Shown here piece by piece: positions 1 through 8,091 of a stretch of 64,000 bases of DNA. The notes under the pieces were generated by a model that made no database searches, was not told where the DNA came from, and saw nothing but the letters and a program-made list of their open reading frames with translations. The translations under genes were made by a program, and so were the position numbers. Source of the DNA: Gemmatimonadales bacterium (lineage in GTDB: Bacteria; Gemmatimonadota; Gemmatimonadetes; Gemmatimonadales; GWC2-71-9); the NCBI GenBank assembly GCA_035601235.1, contig DATNOR010000007.1, forward strand, positions 20,959 to 84,958, in the 5' to 3' direction. Each line of letters opens with the position of its first letter. Position 1 is the stretch's first letter.

Positions 1-844
1 TGTAGTGCGTCAACCCCGGCAGAATCGCGAGCCGCGACTTCGGACGCCCGGAGCCGTCCCACCCGCCGTCGCGCTTGCCCCCACCCAGCAAGCCGAACAG
101 CTCGACCGCGTGCGAGGGCGGGAAGATGTCGGCATCGCCCGCGACCACGAGGGTCGTCGCCGTGATGCCGGCGATGTCCTTCGAGAGATCGAAGTCCTGC
201 TTCATCGCGTCGCCGATCTTTCCCAACAGGCGCGGCCAGTCCTCCGGCCGGGGCGCGAGGCTCGCGTACAGCTGGTACATGGGCGTCTGCTTCATCGCCT
301 CGGCGGCGGCGGGGCCCACCTGCCCCTGCTGCGCCAGGATTTCGGGATAGAAGCCGTCGCGCCGGAACGGCGTCGACACCACGACGAGCTTGCGCACGAC
401 CTCGGGGTGCCGGATCGCCGTCTGCAGCGCGACGCCGCCCCCGAGCGAATAGCCCATGATGTCGGCGCTCGCGAGCCCCAACTGCTTGATCAGCGCGGCG
501 ATGTCGTCCGCCATCAGCGCGACGCTCAAGGGTCGATCGATGTCGGCCGTGCGCCCGTGGCCCTGCAGGTCCACCGCGATCACCTGACGGCCGCGGGCGA
601 GGGCCGCGAGGTTGGGTCCGAACATTTCGAGCGCGCCCAGGCCGCCGTGCAGCAGAATGAGCGGCCGGCCCGTTCCGGCGATCTCGTAATACAGCTTCAG
701 GCCGTTCACGTCGGCGTAGTGGCCGACTCCCTTGGTCGCGCCGCCCCACACGCCCTGCGCATTACGCTTGGCGGGCGCCTGCGCGCCCAGTGACACCGCC
801 GTCATGACCTGGAACAGGGCGACTAGTGCCGAAATGCCACGCAT
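1..844 (-). CDS. secreted alpha/beta-fold hydrolase (partial; 3' end runs off the window)
   Basis: Absent from the ORF track because it is open at the window edge. My minus-strand translation from the ATG at 844 gives MRGISALVALFQVMTAVSLGAQA (signal-like), LILLHGG and a GYSLGG nucleophile elbow. GGAG lies about 8 nt upstream. The listed + ORF 5..793 is its Arg/Pro-rich antisense shadow. Confidence 0.8.
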   Translation of the reverse strand, partial: MRGISALVALFQVMTAVSLGAQAPAKRNAQGVWGGATKGVGHYADVNGLKLYYEIAGTGRPLILLHGGLGALEMFGPNLAALARGRQVIAVDLQGHGRTADIDRPLSVALMADDIAALIKQLGLASADIMGYSLGGGVALQTAIRHPEVVRKLVVVSTPFRRDGFYPEILAQQGQVGPAAAEAMKQTPMYQLYASLAPRPEDWPRLLGKIGDAMKQDFDLSKDIAGITATTLVVAGDADIFPPSHAVELFGLLGGGKRDGGWDGSGRPKSRLAILPGLTHY

Positions 845-932
845 GGCCACGTCTCCTCTGAGGGTTCTCATAGCGACGAACGGGGTGGGGCGAAATCGAC
901 AGGTACGTGAAGCGTCGCGGCCGACGTAGCAG

Positions 933-1754
933 CTATGCGTTCAAGCTGGTGATCGCATCCTCGACCTCCGCTACGAGCTGGACGAAGTGCGCCTCGCGCT
1001 TCGTCGCCCGGTCGCGGTGCAGCGGCAAGTCCACGTGGATGGTCCTGGCGATCTCGGACGTGCCCCTGCCCGACTTCATGACGTAGATGTCGTCGCCCAG
1101 GAACACCGCTTCCTGAATGTCATGCGTCACGAACACGATCGTCGATTCCAGTTTCTCCCAGATGCCATACAGCATCGTCTGCATGCGGAACCGCGTCAGC
1201 GTATCGAGGGCCCCGAAGGGCTCGTCCATGAGGATGATTTGCGGGTTTGAGATGAGGCTTCTCGCAATGGCTACCCGCTGGAGTTGGCCGCCCGAGAGAA
1301 TCGGAGACTGGGCATACTTGTGCTCGTGACCTTCCAACCCCACGGCCTTGATCATCGCCATCGCCTGTTCCCTGCCGTCGCTCCTGGGAACGCCTCTGAA
1401 CTTTAGCGGCAGCATGACGTTATCGAGAACGGACAGCCATGGGAACGACGAATACTGTTGGAACACCATGCTGATCACCATGCTGTCCGTCTTCGGCTTG
1501 CCGTCGATGAGCACCTCCCCCGACGTCGGCGTCTGCAGCCCGGATATGTAGCGGAGCAAGGTTGACTTGCCGCAACCCGAGACGCCGAGGATCACGACAA
1601 ACTGCCCCTGACCGGGTTTGTCTTCGAGCAGCAGGTTCAGTTTGTTGAACAGGAAGGTCTTTCCCCCGTCATACGTCTGGGTGATGCCGCGGAGCTCGAT
1701 GACCCTCGGCAGCTGACCTTTAGGCGGCGCTTCCACTGCCGCCTCCTTCCACAT
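933..1754 (-). CDS. ABC transporter ATP-binding protein, NitT/TauT (SsuB/TauB-like) type
   Basis: 273-aa ORF. Walker A GVSGCGKST, signature LSGGQLQRVAIAR, Walker B ILMDEPFGALD, and an FQQYSSFPWLSVLDN block. Overlaps the permease end by 35 nt. Confidence 0.9.
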   Translation of the reverse strand: MWKEAAVEAPPKGQLPRVIELRGITQTYDGGKTFLFNKLNLLLEDKPGQGQFVVILGVSGCGKSTLLRYISGLQTPTSGEVLIDGKPKTDSMVISMVFQQYSSFPWLSVLDNVMLPLKFRGVPRSDGREQAMAMIKAVGLEGHEHKYAQSPILSGGQLQRVAIARSLISNPQIILMDEPFGALDTLTRFRMQTMLYGIWEKLESTIVFVTHDIQEAVFLGDDIYVMKSGRGTSEIARTIHVDLPLHRDRATKREAHFVQLVAEVEDAITSLNA

Positions 1755-2535
1755 ACTTGAACGGGAACAACAGTCGGCCCAGGTACAGGAACGCCTTGTC
1801 CTGCAGGAACCCGATCAGAATGATCGTGAGCAGCACCGCATAAACTTTGTCGGGCCGACTCTGACGGGCCGCGATGTACGCCAGAGCACCGATCCCACCG
1901 TCAGACGCGTTGATGACTTCCGTAAACACGATGTATGTCCACGACAACGCGATCAACACCCGGATGTCGTCAAACACCCTGGACACGACGTCCGGGATGA
2001 ACACGCTCTTCACCGTCTGCCAGGGCGTGGCGCCAAGCGTTCGCGCGGTCTGGACGTACACCTCCTGAACCTCATCCACCCGCTCCACCACGACCGGGAG
2101 CAGGTACACGAAGATGCCGAAGGCCAGGAACTCGACCTTCATTTTTGTCTCGATGCCGAACAGGGCGATGAAAATGCCGATGGTGGCCGTCAGGGGCAGA
2201 TACCGCGCGGCACTGATGAGCCGCTCCGAGAGCGCCCGAAAAATGGGTAGGAGGCCGATCGCCATGCCGAGAGGCAGCGCGAGGCCGACCGCCTCCAAGT
2301 ATCCCAGAAAGTTGATCTTGATGGAGTACAGGGCGTTTACGATGAGCGCGTCTTGGTAATGAAGCTCTTTCAGGGAGGTCACGACCTTCCACGGCATCGG
2401 CAGAATCGTCGCCGGCACGAGCTTCCATTGGACGAGGGCTGTCCAGACGACGAGCGTGGCGACCACGCCCGTGATCTCGATGCCGACCTTGGTCCTCTCA
2501 TCAAGAGTGCCTCGAAGCCTGAAAAGCGCCGTCAT
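1720..2535 (-). CDS. ABC transporter permease, SsuC/TauC-like
   Basis: 271-aa ORF with several hydrophobic spans and an EAA-loop-like region (ARTLGATPWQTVKSVFIP). Lies 9 nt downstream of the binding-protein gene. Confidence 0.85.
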   Translation of the reverse strand: MTALFRLRGTLDERTKVGIEITGVVATLVVWTALVQWKLVPATILPMPWKVVTSLKELHYQDALIVNALYSIKINFLGYLEAVGLALPLGMAIGLLPIFRALSERLISAARYLPLTATIGIFIALFGIETKMKVEFLAFGIFVYLLPVVVERVDEVQEVYVQTARTLGATPWQTVKSVFIPDVVSRVFDDIRVLIALSWTYIVFTEVINASDGGIGALAYIAARQSRPDKVYAVLLTIILIGFLQDKAFLYLGRLLFPFKYVEGGGSGSAA

Positions 2536-2544
2536 GTCGGTTCG

Positions 2545-4101
2545 CTAGTTGTTCAACAGTTCGAAATCGGTACGCCGATTCCGAGCCCGCCCGCTCTCCG
2601 TGTCGTTCGAAGCGACCGGCTTGCGGGGACCGTTGCCCACGACGATGAACCGGTGGCTGTCGAAGCCGTACTTGGACACCAGGTAGTCGGCCACGGCCTG
2701 AGCCCGACGCTCAGACAACCCCTGATTCAGGTCGGGCGAGCCGACGTTGTCGGTGTTGCCTTCGATCCGGATCCGCGCGTTGCCCGCGGTCTTCGCCGTG
2801 GGCGCGAACTCGGTATCGATGATGTACTTCACGTTCTCATCGAGTGTGGCCGAACCAGTCGGAAACGTGATCGTGATGTGCTTCATCGAGAGTGGCGCGG
2901 CGCTCACGTCGCTCGCAGTCGCCTTCGCGAACGTCGCTACGGGCTCAGCCGCCTGCTCCGGTCCGGTCAGATGGATGGACCGGATGATCCCCAGGTCGGC
3001 GACACTACTCCACGGGGGCAAGACCGTGGGCGCGAGCGACGCGTCCGATCGATGATACAGCCGGCCGGTCGATTCATAGAGCTCCTGGCCGGTGACGCCG
3101 CTGTAGTCACCGTTGAGGTTGAAGAAGTTCACGTTATCCCCGTAGGTGACGAGCCGGGCGTTGTCGATCACCGCGCGGATGAAGTCCAGAGGCTGATTCA
3201 GGCCGTTGGCGAGAATCTGGATGGCTTGCTCCTTGGCCGATGGGTCGGTGTTGATCTCGGCGGCGCCGCGCAGCCAACCCTCGACGAGGGCGCGCAGCTC
3301 GTCGCGGTGCGTCTCGAGATAGCTCTGCTTTACGAAGAAGACGTCGGCGATCATGTTCGACATGATCTTCGAACTGGTGAGCACGTGTGACCCAGGCACA
3401 CTCTTCAGAACGTCCTGATCGTCCGGCGACCACACGACCGCCGCATCGACCGAGCCAGCTTTGAACATCTGCGCCGAGCCCGGAGCATCCTCCGTCGGCT
3501 TGTAGTGGACGTCGTGGATCGTCATCCCCGCCGCCTCGAGCATGCGCAGCAGCAGGGTGTGCGAAGGCGTCCCGAGCGCGGCCGATACGGTCTTGCCGCG
3601 CAGGTCGTTCACGGAGGTCAGGCCATGGCGGGCAATGACCACGTCGCCGCCGCGGGACCAGTCTGCCTGGAAGATGATCTTCGGCTGGTACTCCTTTAAG
3701 CCCGCGACCTCCGTGGGGAACGCGTCGGCCGTCTGCCAGATGGCCTGGCACTTGTCGGCCTTCCACGCCTCGCGGGACGGGACGAACTGCTCGATCACCT
3801 TGAACGCGACCTTGATGCCGTAGTCCCGGTAGTACCGGGAATCGGTTGACGCGGCGAAACCGCCGTTGAAGTATTCCCCGCCGGCATACCCGGGCCACGT
3901 AACGACGCAGACGGTGATGGGCTCGCTGGACGCGTTGGAGATCTTCTCGGTACGAACCGGAGTCGTGCGGAGACCGCCGCTCTGCTTACCCTGCGGGATC
4001 ATGCCGTGGCTGGACGCGTAGCGCAGAGCGTAGTAACCACCTCCGACCACGACTAGCAGGAGGACAAGCCGCTTGAAGCGGGAAGAGAGCTGAACGGCCA
4101 T
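2545..4101 (-). CDS. membrane-anchored ABC substrate-binding protein (NMT1/SsuA-like) fused to a C-terminal OmpA-like peptidoglycan-binding domain
   Basis: 518-aa ORF. N-terminal TM segment LVLLLVVVGGGYYAL, central periplasmic-binding-like region, and a C-terminal block NARIRIEGNTDNVGSPDLNQGLSERRAQAVADYL...NRRTDF typical of OmpA/MotB C-domains. GGAGGA lies 7 nt before the ATG. Confidence 0.8.
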   Translation of the reverse strand: MAVQLSSRFKRLVLLLVVVGGGYYALRYASSHGMIPQGKQSGGLRTTPVRTEKISNASSEPITVCVVTWPGYAGGEYFNGGFAASTDSRYYRDYGIKVAFKVIEQFVPSREAWKADKCQAIWQTADAFPTEVAGLKEYQPKIIFQADWSRGGDVVIARHGLTSVNDLRGKTVSAALGTPSHTLLLRMLEAAGMTIHDVHYKPTEDAPGSAQMFKAGSVDAAVVWSPDDQDVLKSVPGSHVLTSSKIMSNMIADVFFVKQSYLETHRDELRALVEGWLRGAAEINTDPSAKEQAIQILANGLNQPLDFIRAVIDNARLVTYGDNVNFFNLNGDYSGVTGQELYESTGRLYHRSDASLAPTVLPPWSSVADLGIIRSIHLTGPEQAAEPVATFAKATASDVSAAPLSMKHITITFPTGSATLDENVKYIIDTEFAPTAKTAGNARIRIEGNTDNVGSPDLNQGLSERRAQAVADYLVSKYGFDSHRFIVVGNGPRKPVASNDTESGRARNRRTDFELLNN

Positions 4102-4148
4102 GCCGTTATCCTCCGTCTCGGTTGTAGTTCAAGACCCGGGTACGCCCG

Positions 4149-5150
4149 CTACTTGAAGAGCTGTTCGTAGTCCTCGCTGCCCGGGAGGTGAAGCACGTCC
4201 CTTGGATCGTTGGCAGCGGCAATGAGCGCCGGCTTCTCCGCTCCCAAGACCAGCGAATCGGCTTTCTGCTCCCACTCCGCGAGCTGCTTCAGACCGTCCT
4301 CCTCGAGGACGCCTTGGTCCAGGTCGAAGGAGCTGACGACGTCCTTGGAAATCGCGACGAAGTTCTCCATCTCGCCGACGGTGTTGTCCCATTCCTCGGC
4401 GATGTGCTCCTTCGCCAGGTCGTACATTTCCTTGTCCTGGCCCGTCGACATGATGGACCAGAAGCCCTTCATGGCGGCGCCGACGGCCCGCGCAGCGCTG
4501 TGGCGCATGGTGCTCTCTTGCAGCTCGACCGTCATCACTTCGATGTTGGACTTGGCGATGTCGTGGTACTTGTTCAGCACCCGATACATCACTTCGAGCT
4601 TGGTGAGTAACTCCTGGTACGTCATCGTCGACCGACCGTAGATGCTCGCCGTCTTGCTCTTCACGCGGACCTGCAGCGGATTGTTCTCCTTGCCGGCTTG
4701 ATCGGCAAGCTTCAGGGCGGTCGTCCGGTTACGCTCGGCATTGGCAATGGCAGTGCGCAGCTGCACCATCACGCCGCGCACGGTACCCATCTGACCCTCG
4801 GTCTGGGACAGGATCTTCCCCATCTTCTCCAAGGCCGTCTTCATCACGCCGATGGGATCGTTCGACGTGATCCAGTTGAAGACCCACCTCATGAAGCTCT
4901 TGTAGATGTAGCTCGCGGCTCGGAGGAGGCGGCCGTCCCAGATCACGTAGACGACGGCGGCGAGAATGGCGCCGCCGATGACGATGTTCACCGTGGTCCA
5001 GATGAGGTTGTTGAAGAACGTGAGAACGGGGAGGGCGTACTTGAAAACGAGAAATGCGCCCACGATCGCGCTGATGACCTTCGCGAACGTTCCTTCGGGA
5101 CGCTGCCAGAAGGTCTTCGCCGCGGAGGGAATAGGGGTCATGTCTGTCAT
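4149..5150 (-). CDS. membrane-anchored helical/coiled-coil protein, family unassigned (tentatively PspA/IM30-like helical region)
   Basis: 333-aa ORF. Two N-terminal hydrophobic helices (VISAIVGAFLVFKYALPVL; VNIVIGGAILAAVVYVIW), then a long heptad-like helical region starting DPIGVMKTALEKMGKIL. Non-degenerate composition, unlike out-of-frame ORFs here. Lies 7 nt downstream of the preceding gene. Confidence 0.55.
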   Translation of the reverse strand: MTDMTPIPSAAKTFWQRPEGTFAKVISAIVGAFLVFKYALPVLTFFNNLIWTTVNIVIGGAILAAVVYVIWDGRLLRAASYIYKSFMRWVFNWITSNDPIGVMKTALEKMGKILSQTEGQMGTVRGVMVQLRTAIANAERNRTTALKLADQAGKENNPLQVRVKSKTASIYGRSTMTYQELLTKLEVMYRVLNKYHDIAKSNIEVMTVELQESTMRHSAARAVGAAMKGFWSIMSTGQDKEMYDLAKEHIAEEWDNTVGEMENFVAISKDVVSSFDLDQGVLEEDGLKQLAEWEQKADSLVLGAEKPALIAAANDPRDVLHLPGSEDYEQLFK

Positions 5151-5157
5151 GGTCGCC

Positions 5158-5820
5158 TTACGCCCCCTTGAGTTGGGTCTTCAGCTTGGCTTCGTTCGAA
5201 GATAGTACGGTGATCGCGGCATTGTAGGCCGCGAGGAAGTTGGCCTTGGCGGCCTCGATCTGAGTCTGACCGGCGGTGATTTCCGCCCTGGATTTTGCCT
5301 CCGCCTGCTCGAGCGCGGTGATTTCGGCCTGAAGCTGTGTCAGCTCCTGCTTCTTCGAGTCGATCGTCCTGCGGTTGTCGTCCGCTTGCTTCTGCTTCGA
5401 TGTGACGAGGGCGTCAACCTTCTGCGACAGTACTCTTTCGAATTCGCCGCGCTTCGCCTCGAGCACCCGTTTGCTGCTGGCGAGCCCGGCAAGGATCCTT
5501 TCGAGGGTGAGACCGTGCGGCTTGGAAGCAACGAACGCGGCCTTGATGCGGGTTGCCTCGTCGGGAATGACCCCCGACATCGCGTCGGCGGACAGCATGA
5601 ACTCGGTGTAATCGTTCGTGTCCTTGGTGGCGGCGGCGAGCAGCTGTTTCAGCAGGTCCCGATCAACCCCTCCGGCAACCGACCCCGGGCCAGGCAACCC
5701 GCCCGGTCCCGACACGGCAGCCGATCCTTGAGCGGCACTTGGGGATTCATCCTTCTCGACCAGCACGCCCATATCCACGAGCCGGTCTTTCAGCGACCGT
5801 CCTTTCCCCTTCTCTGCCAT
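5158..5820 (-). CDS. soluble coiled-coil protein, family unassigned
   Basis: The real start is taken as MAEKGKGRS, Met193 of track ORF 5158..6396 (6396-576=5820), with AGGGAGG about 8 nt upstream. The upstream 192 codons are Arg/Pro/Ser junk overlapping DUF5996. The C-terminal 120 aa are coiled-coil-like (KQELTQLQAEITALEQAEAKSRAEI). Confidence 0.6.
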   Translation of the reverse strand: MAEKGKGRSLKDRLVDMGVLVEKDESPSAAQGSAAVSGPGGLPGPGSVAGGVDRDLLKQLLAAATKDTNDYTEFMLSADAMSGVIPDEATRIKAAFVASKPHGLTLERILAGLASSKRVLEAKRGEFERVLSQKVDALVTSKQKQADDNRRTIDSKKQELTQLQAEITALEQAEAKSRAEITAGQTQIEAAKANFLAAYNAAITVLSSNEAKLKTQLKGA

Positions 5821-5935
5821 GCCCCAAGACCTCCCTTTGTCCTGGGCTTGAAGTTGTCGTTGTCCGCGTAATCGTTCAATAGGCAGGCCGTTGCTGCAGC
5901 ATGGGGCCGGAGGCGCGTCCTGGTGCGACGGCTGA

Positions 5936-6844
5936 CTACGCCCGCTCGAGCCGGGCGCGATCCCACCCGCCGCGGTCGGCCGCGGCCTCGTAGGTGCTCT
6001 GGAGGAATTCGAGCAGCGCCCCCTCAGGATCGCGCGCCACCCGCACCGCCTCGTACGGCAGGATCCACTCTCGCATCGCCAGGAGGTAACGAGTCGTGGC
6101 CGGGCGCACCGGGGCGTCCGGGCAGCCCGCCGGCTCCGGATAGGCGTAGGCGTAAAACGCGGGCTCCGCCACCGGCCCGGCGACGCTGCCCGGCCACCAT
6201 CCCGCGCTGATGCACTCGTGGGAGTACGCTTCGCGCGTGACGAAGTCGGCGAGATGTGGTATCCCCCCGGGGTGCCGCGGCGCGGGACGTCCCGAGAAGC
6301 GCGTGCACGACAGATCGAAGCCGCCCCACCAGAAGTGCGAGGGGCTCGACTTACCGAGGAAAAGCCCCCGAAACCGCTGCAGCACGCGGTCCGCATGCGT
6401 CAGGATCCGCCAGCAACGCTGCGCGGCGTCAGGGTCGTAGGACGCGTGCTCCCGATCGGCGGTGAAGCTGGTCGTGTCCGCCATCTCCTGCGGCACCGGC
6501 CAGATCTTCGCCGCGACGCCGAGGGCCGCCAGCATACCCAGGTAATCCTGGTAGAAGTCCGCGACGGATCGCGGAGCGAGGGGGATGCTCCGGGTCGCGC
6601 CGTCGCTGGTCCGCGCCACCAGGCGGTGGTCCAGGAAATCGAACTCCAGCTCGACGTTGCCCTTGGCATACGGCATGGGGGAGGTGCCCAGCCCGCGGGC
6701 GGTGACGTACAGCGCCACCTGCCACCAGTGATTCTGCATCGGGGCCAGGGCGAGGCGCGTCTTGCCGACGATCTGCGTCCAGCGCTGCAGCGTCGTAAGC
6801 GTGTCCGCCCAATCGCTCAACGGCAACTCGGGCCAGGCTGCCAC
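5936..6844 (-). CDS. DUF5996-like protein
   Basis: 302-aa ORF with WWQVALYVT and FWWGGFDLS blocks that I associate with DUF5996. Overlaps the sigma-factor gene end by 28 nt. Confidence 0.65.
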   Translation of the reverse strand: MAAWPELPLSDWADTLTTLQRWTQIVGKTRLALAPMQNHWWQVALYVTARGLGTSPMPYAKGNVELEFDFLDHRLVARTSDGATRSIPLAPRSVADFYQDYLGMLAALGVAAKIWPVPQEMADTTSFTADREHASYDPDAAQRCWRILTHADRVLQRFRGLFLGKSSPSHFWWGGFDLSCTRFSGRPAPRHPGGIPHLADFVTREAYSHECISAGWWPGSVAGPVAEPAFYAYAYPEPAGCPDAPVRPATTRYLLAMREWILPYEAVRVARDPEGALLEFLQSTYEAAADRGGWDRARLERA

Positions 6845-8091
6845 GCTAGATCGGCCTTTCCGACATCACACGCCTCCATGCGCTGCTCGAGAAAGTGCCG
6901 CTCCATGGCGTTGCGCGCCAGGGCGAGCGCGGCCGCGAAGTGCGCGCGCGCCGCGCCGCCCTGCCCGCGCCGCAGCTCCAGCTCGCCGAGCGCCGCGTGG
7001 TAGAACGGATAGCCGGCGAGGCGGTCACGGTCGGGGATGGCCGCGATCGCCGCGAGCCCGCGCTCGGGGCCGTCGCACTGCGCGACGGCGATGGCGCGGT
7101 TCAGGGCCACGACCGGGGACGGGCGAATGGCCAGCAGCATGTCGTACAGCGACACGATCTGCCCCCAATTCGTGTCCTCGAGGCGCGGCGCGGACGCGTG
7201 CACGGCCGCGATGGCGGCCTCGAGGTGATACTCGGTGAGGTCGGGCCCGCCGGCCGAGCGCTCGAGCAGGCGTTGCCCTTCGGCCATCAGCTCGGCATCC
7301 CAGCACGAGCGATCCTGCCCGGCGAGCACGCGAAACTGGCCCGCCGCGTCGAGGCGCGCCGGCAGGCGTGCCGCGTGGAGACACATCATCGCCGCGAGCG
7401 CGTACGTGGCCGGCGTGGCCGCCACGGGATGCTCGAGCAGCAAGCCGGTGAGCCGCAGCGCCTCCCGACACAGCTCGGCCCGCACCGCCGCCTCGGGCGA
7501 CGCGCCGTGATAGCCTTCGTTGAAGAGCAGATAGAGCGCGCGCTGCACCGCCGGGAGCCGTGCGGCGATGTCGGCCGGGTCCGCGATCTCGAACAGCCGC
7601 TGCGACTGGGCGAGGACATGCTTGGCGCGGGTGAGACGCTTTTCGACGCCCGCGTGCGTGCTGACGAACGCACCGGCCACCTCGTCGACGCTGAACCCGC
7701 ACAGAATGTGGAGCATGAGCGCCACCTGCGCGGCTTCGGACAGGCGCGGATGGCAACAGGAGAACATCATGCGCAGCTGATCATCTTTGATGACGTCTTC
7801 CGTATACAGCGGCTCGGCGGTCTCGAGCGCCCGGGCGACCTCGGGGGCGAGCGTGCGCGCGGTCCGCTCGCGCCGCAACACGTCCAGGGCCCGATGCTTG
7901 GCGGTCGCCATCAGCCACGCGGACGGATTGTCCGGCACGCCGCGGAACGGCCACACCTCCAAGGCGCGGCAGAAGGCGTCCTGCACGACGTCTTCTGCCA
8001 GCGCCAGGTGCTCGACGCCGAAGAGGCGTGTCAGCGTGGCGACCAGCCGCCCCGCTTCCCTTCGGAACAGATGCTCGTGCAGTGCCGTCAC
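6817..8091 (-). CDS. sigma-70 family (ECF-like) sigma factor with long C-terminal helical/TPR-like extension (COG4941 architecture)
   Basis: 424-aa ORF. N-terminal region-2/region-4-like blocks (AEDVVQDAF..., LCGFSVDEVAGAF). The ATGA overlap with the upstream YciI gene is the usual pairing. Confidence 0.85.
   Translation of the reverse strand: MTALHEHLFRREAGRLVATLTRLFGVEHLALAEDVVQDAFCRALEVWPFRGVPDNPSAWLMATAKHRALDVLRRERTARTLAPEVARALETAEPLYTEDVIKDDQLRMMFSCCHPRLSEAAQVALMLHILCGFSVDEVAGAFVSTHAGVEKRLTRAKHVLAQSQRLFEIADPADIAARLPAVQRALYLLFNEGYHGASPEAAVRAELCREALRLTGLLLEHPVAATPATYALAAMMCLHAARLPARLDAAGQFRVLAGQDRSCWDAELMAEGQRLLERSAGGPDLTEYHLEAAIAAVHASAPRLEDTNWGQIVSLYDMLLAIRPSPVVALNRAIAVAQCDGPERGLAAIAAIPDRDRLAGYPFYHAALGELELRRGQGGAARAHFAAALALARNAMERHFLEQRMEACDVGKADLAWQPGPSCR

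Noticed and set aside
5821-6396. N-terminal 192 codons of track ORF 5158..6396. Analogous long upstream extensions occur in track ORFs 25925..27586, 44421..47072, 46301..47824, 32857..34554, 55165..58659, 58719..60932 and 51328..53058.
   Set aside because: The extensions are compositionally degenerate and overlap neighbouring genes. Internal starts with SD sequences or ATGA coupling give proteins that begin where the family normally begins.
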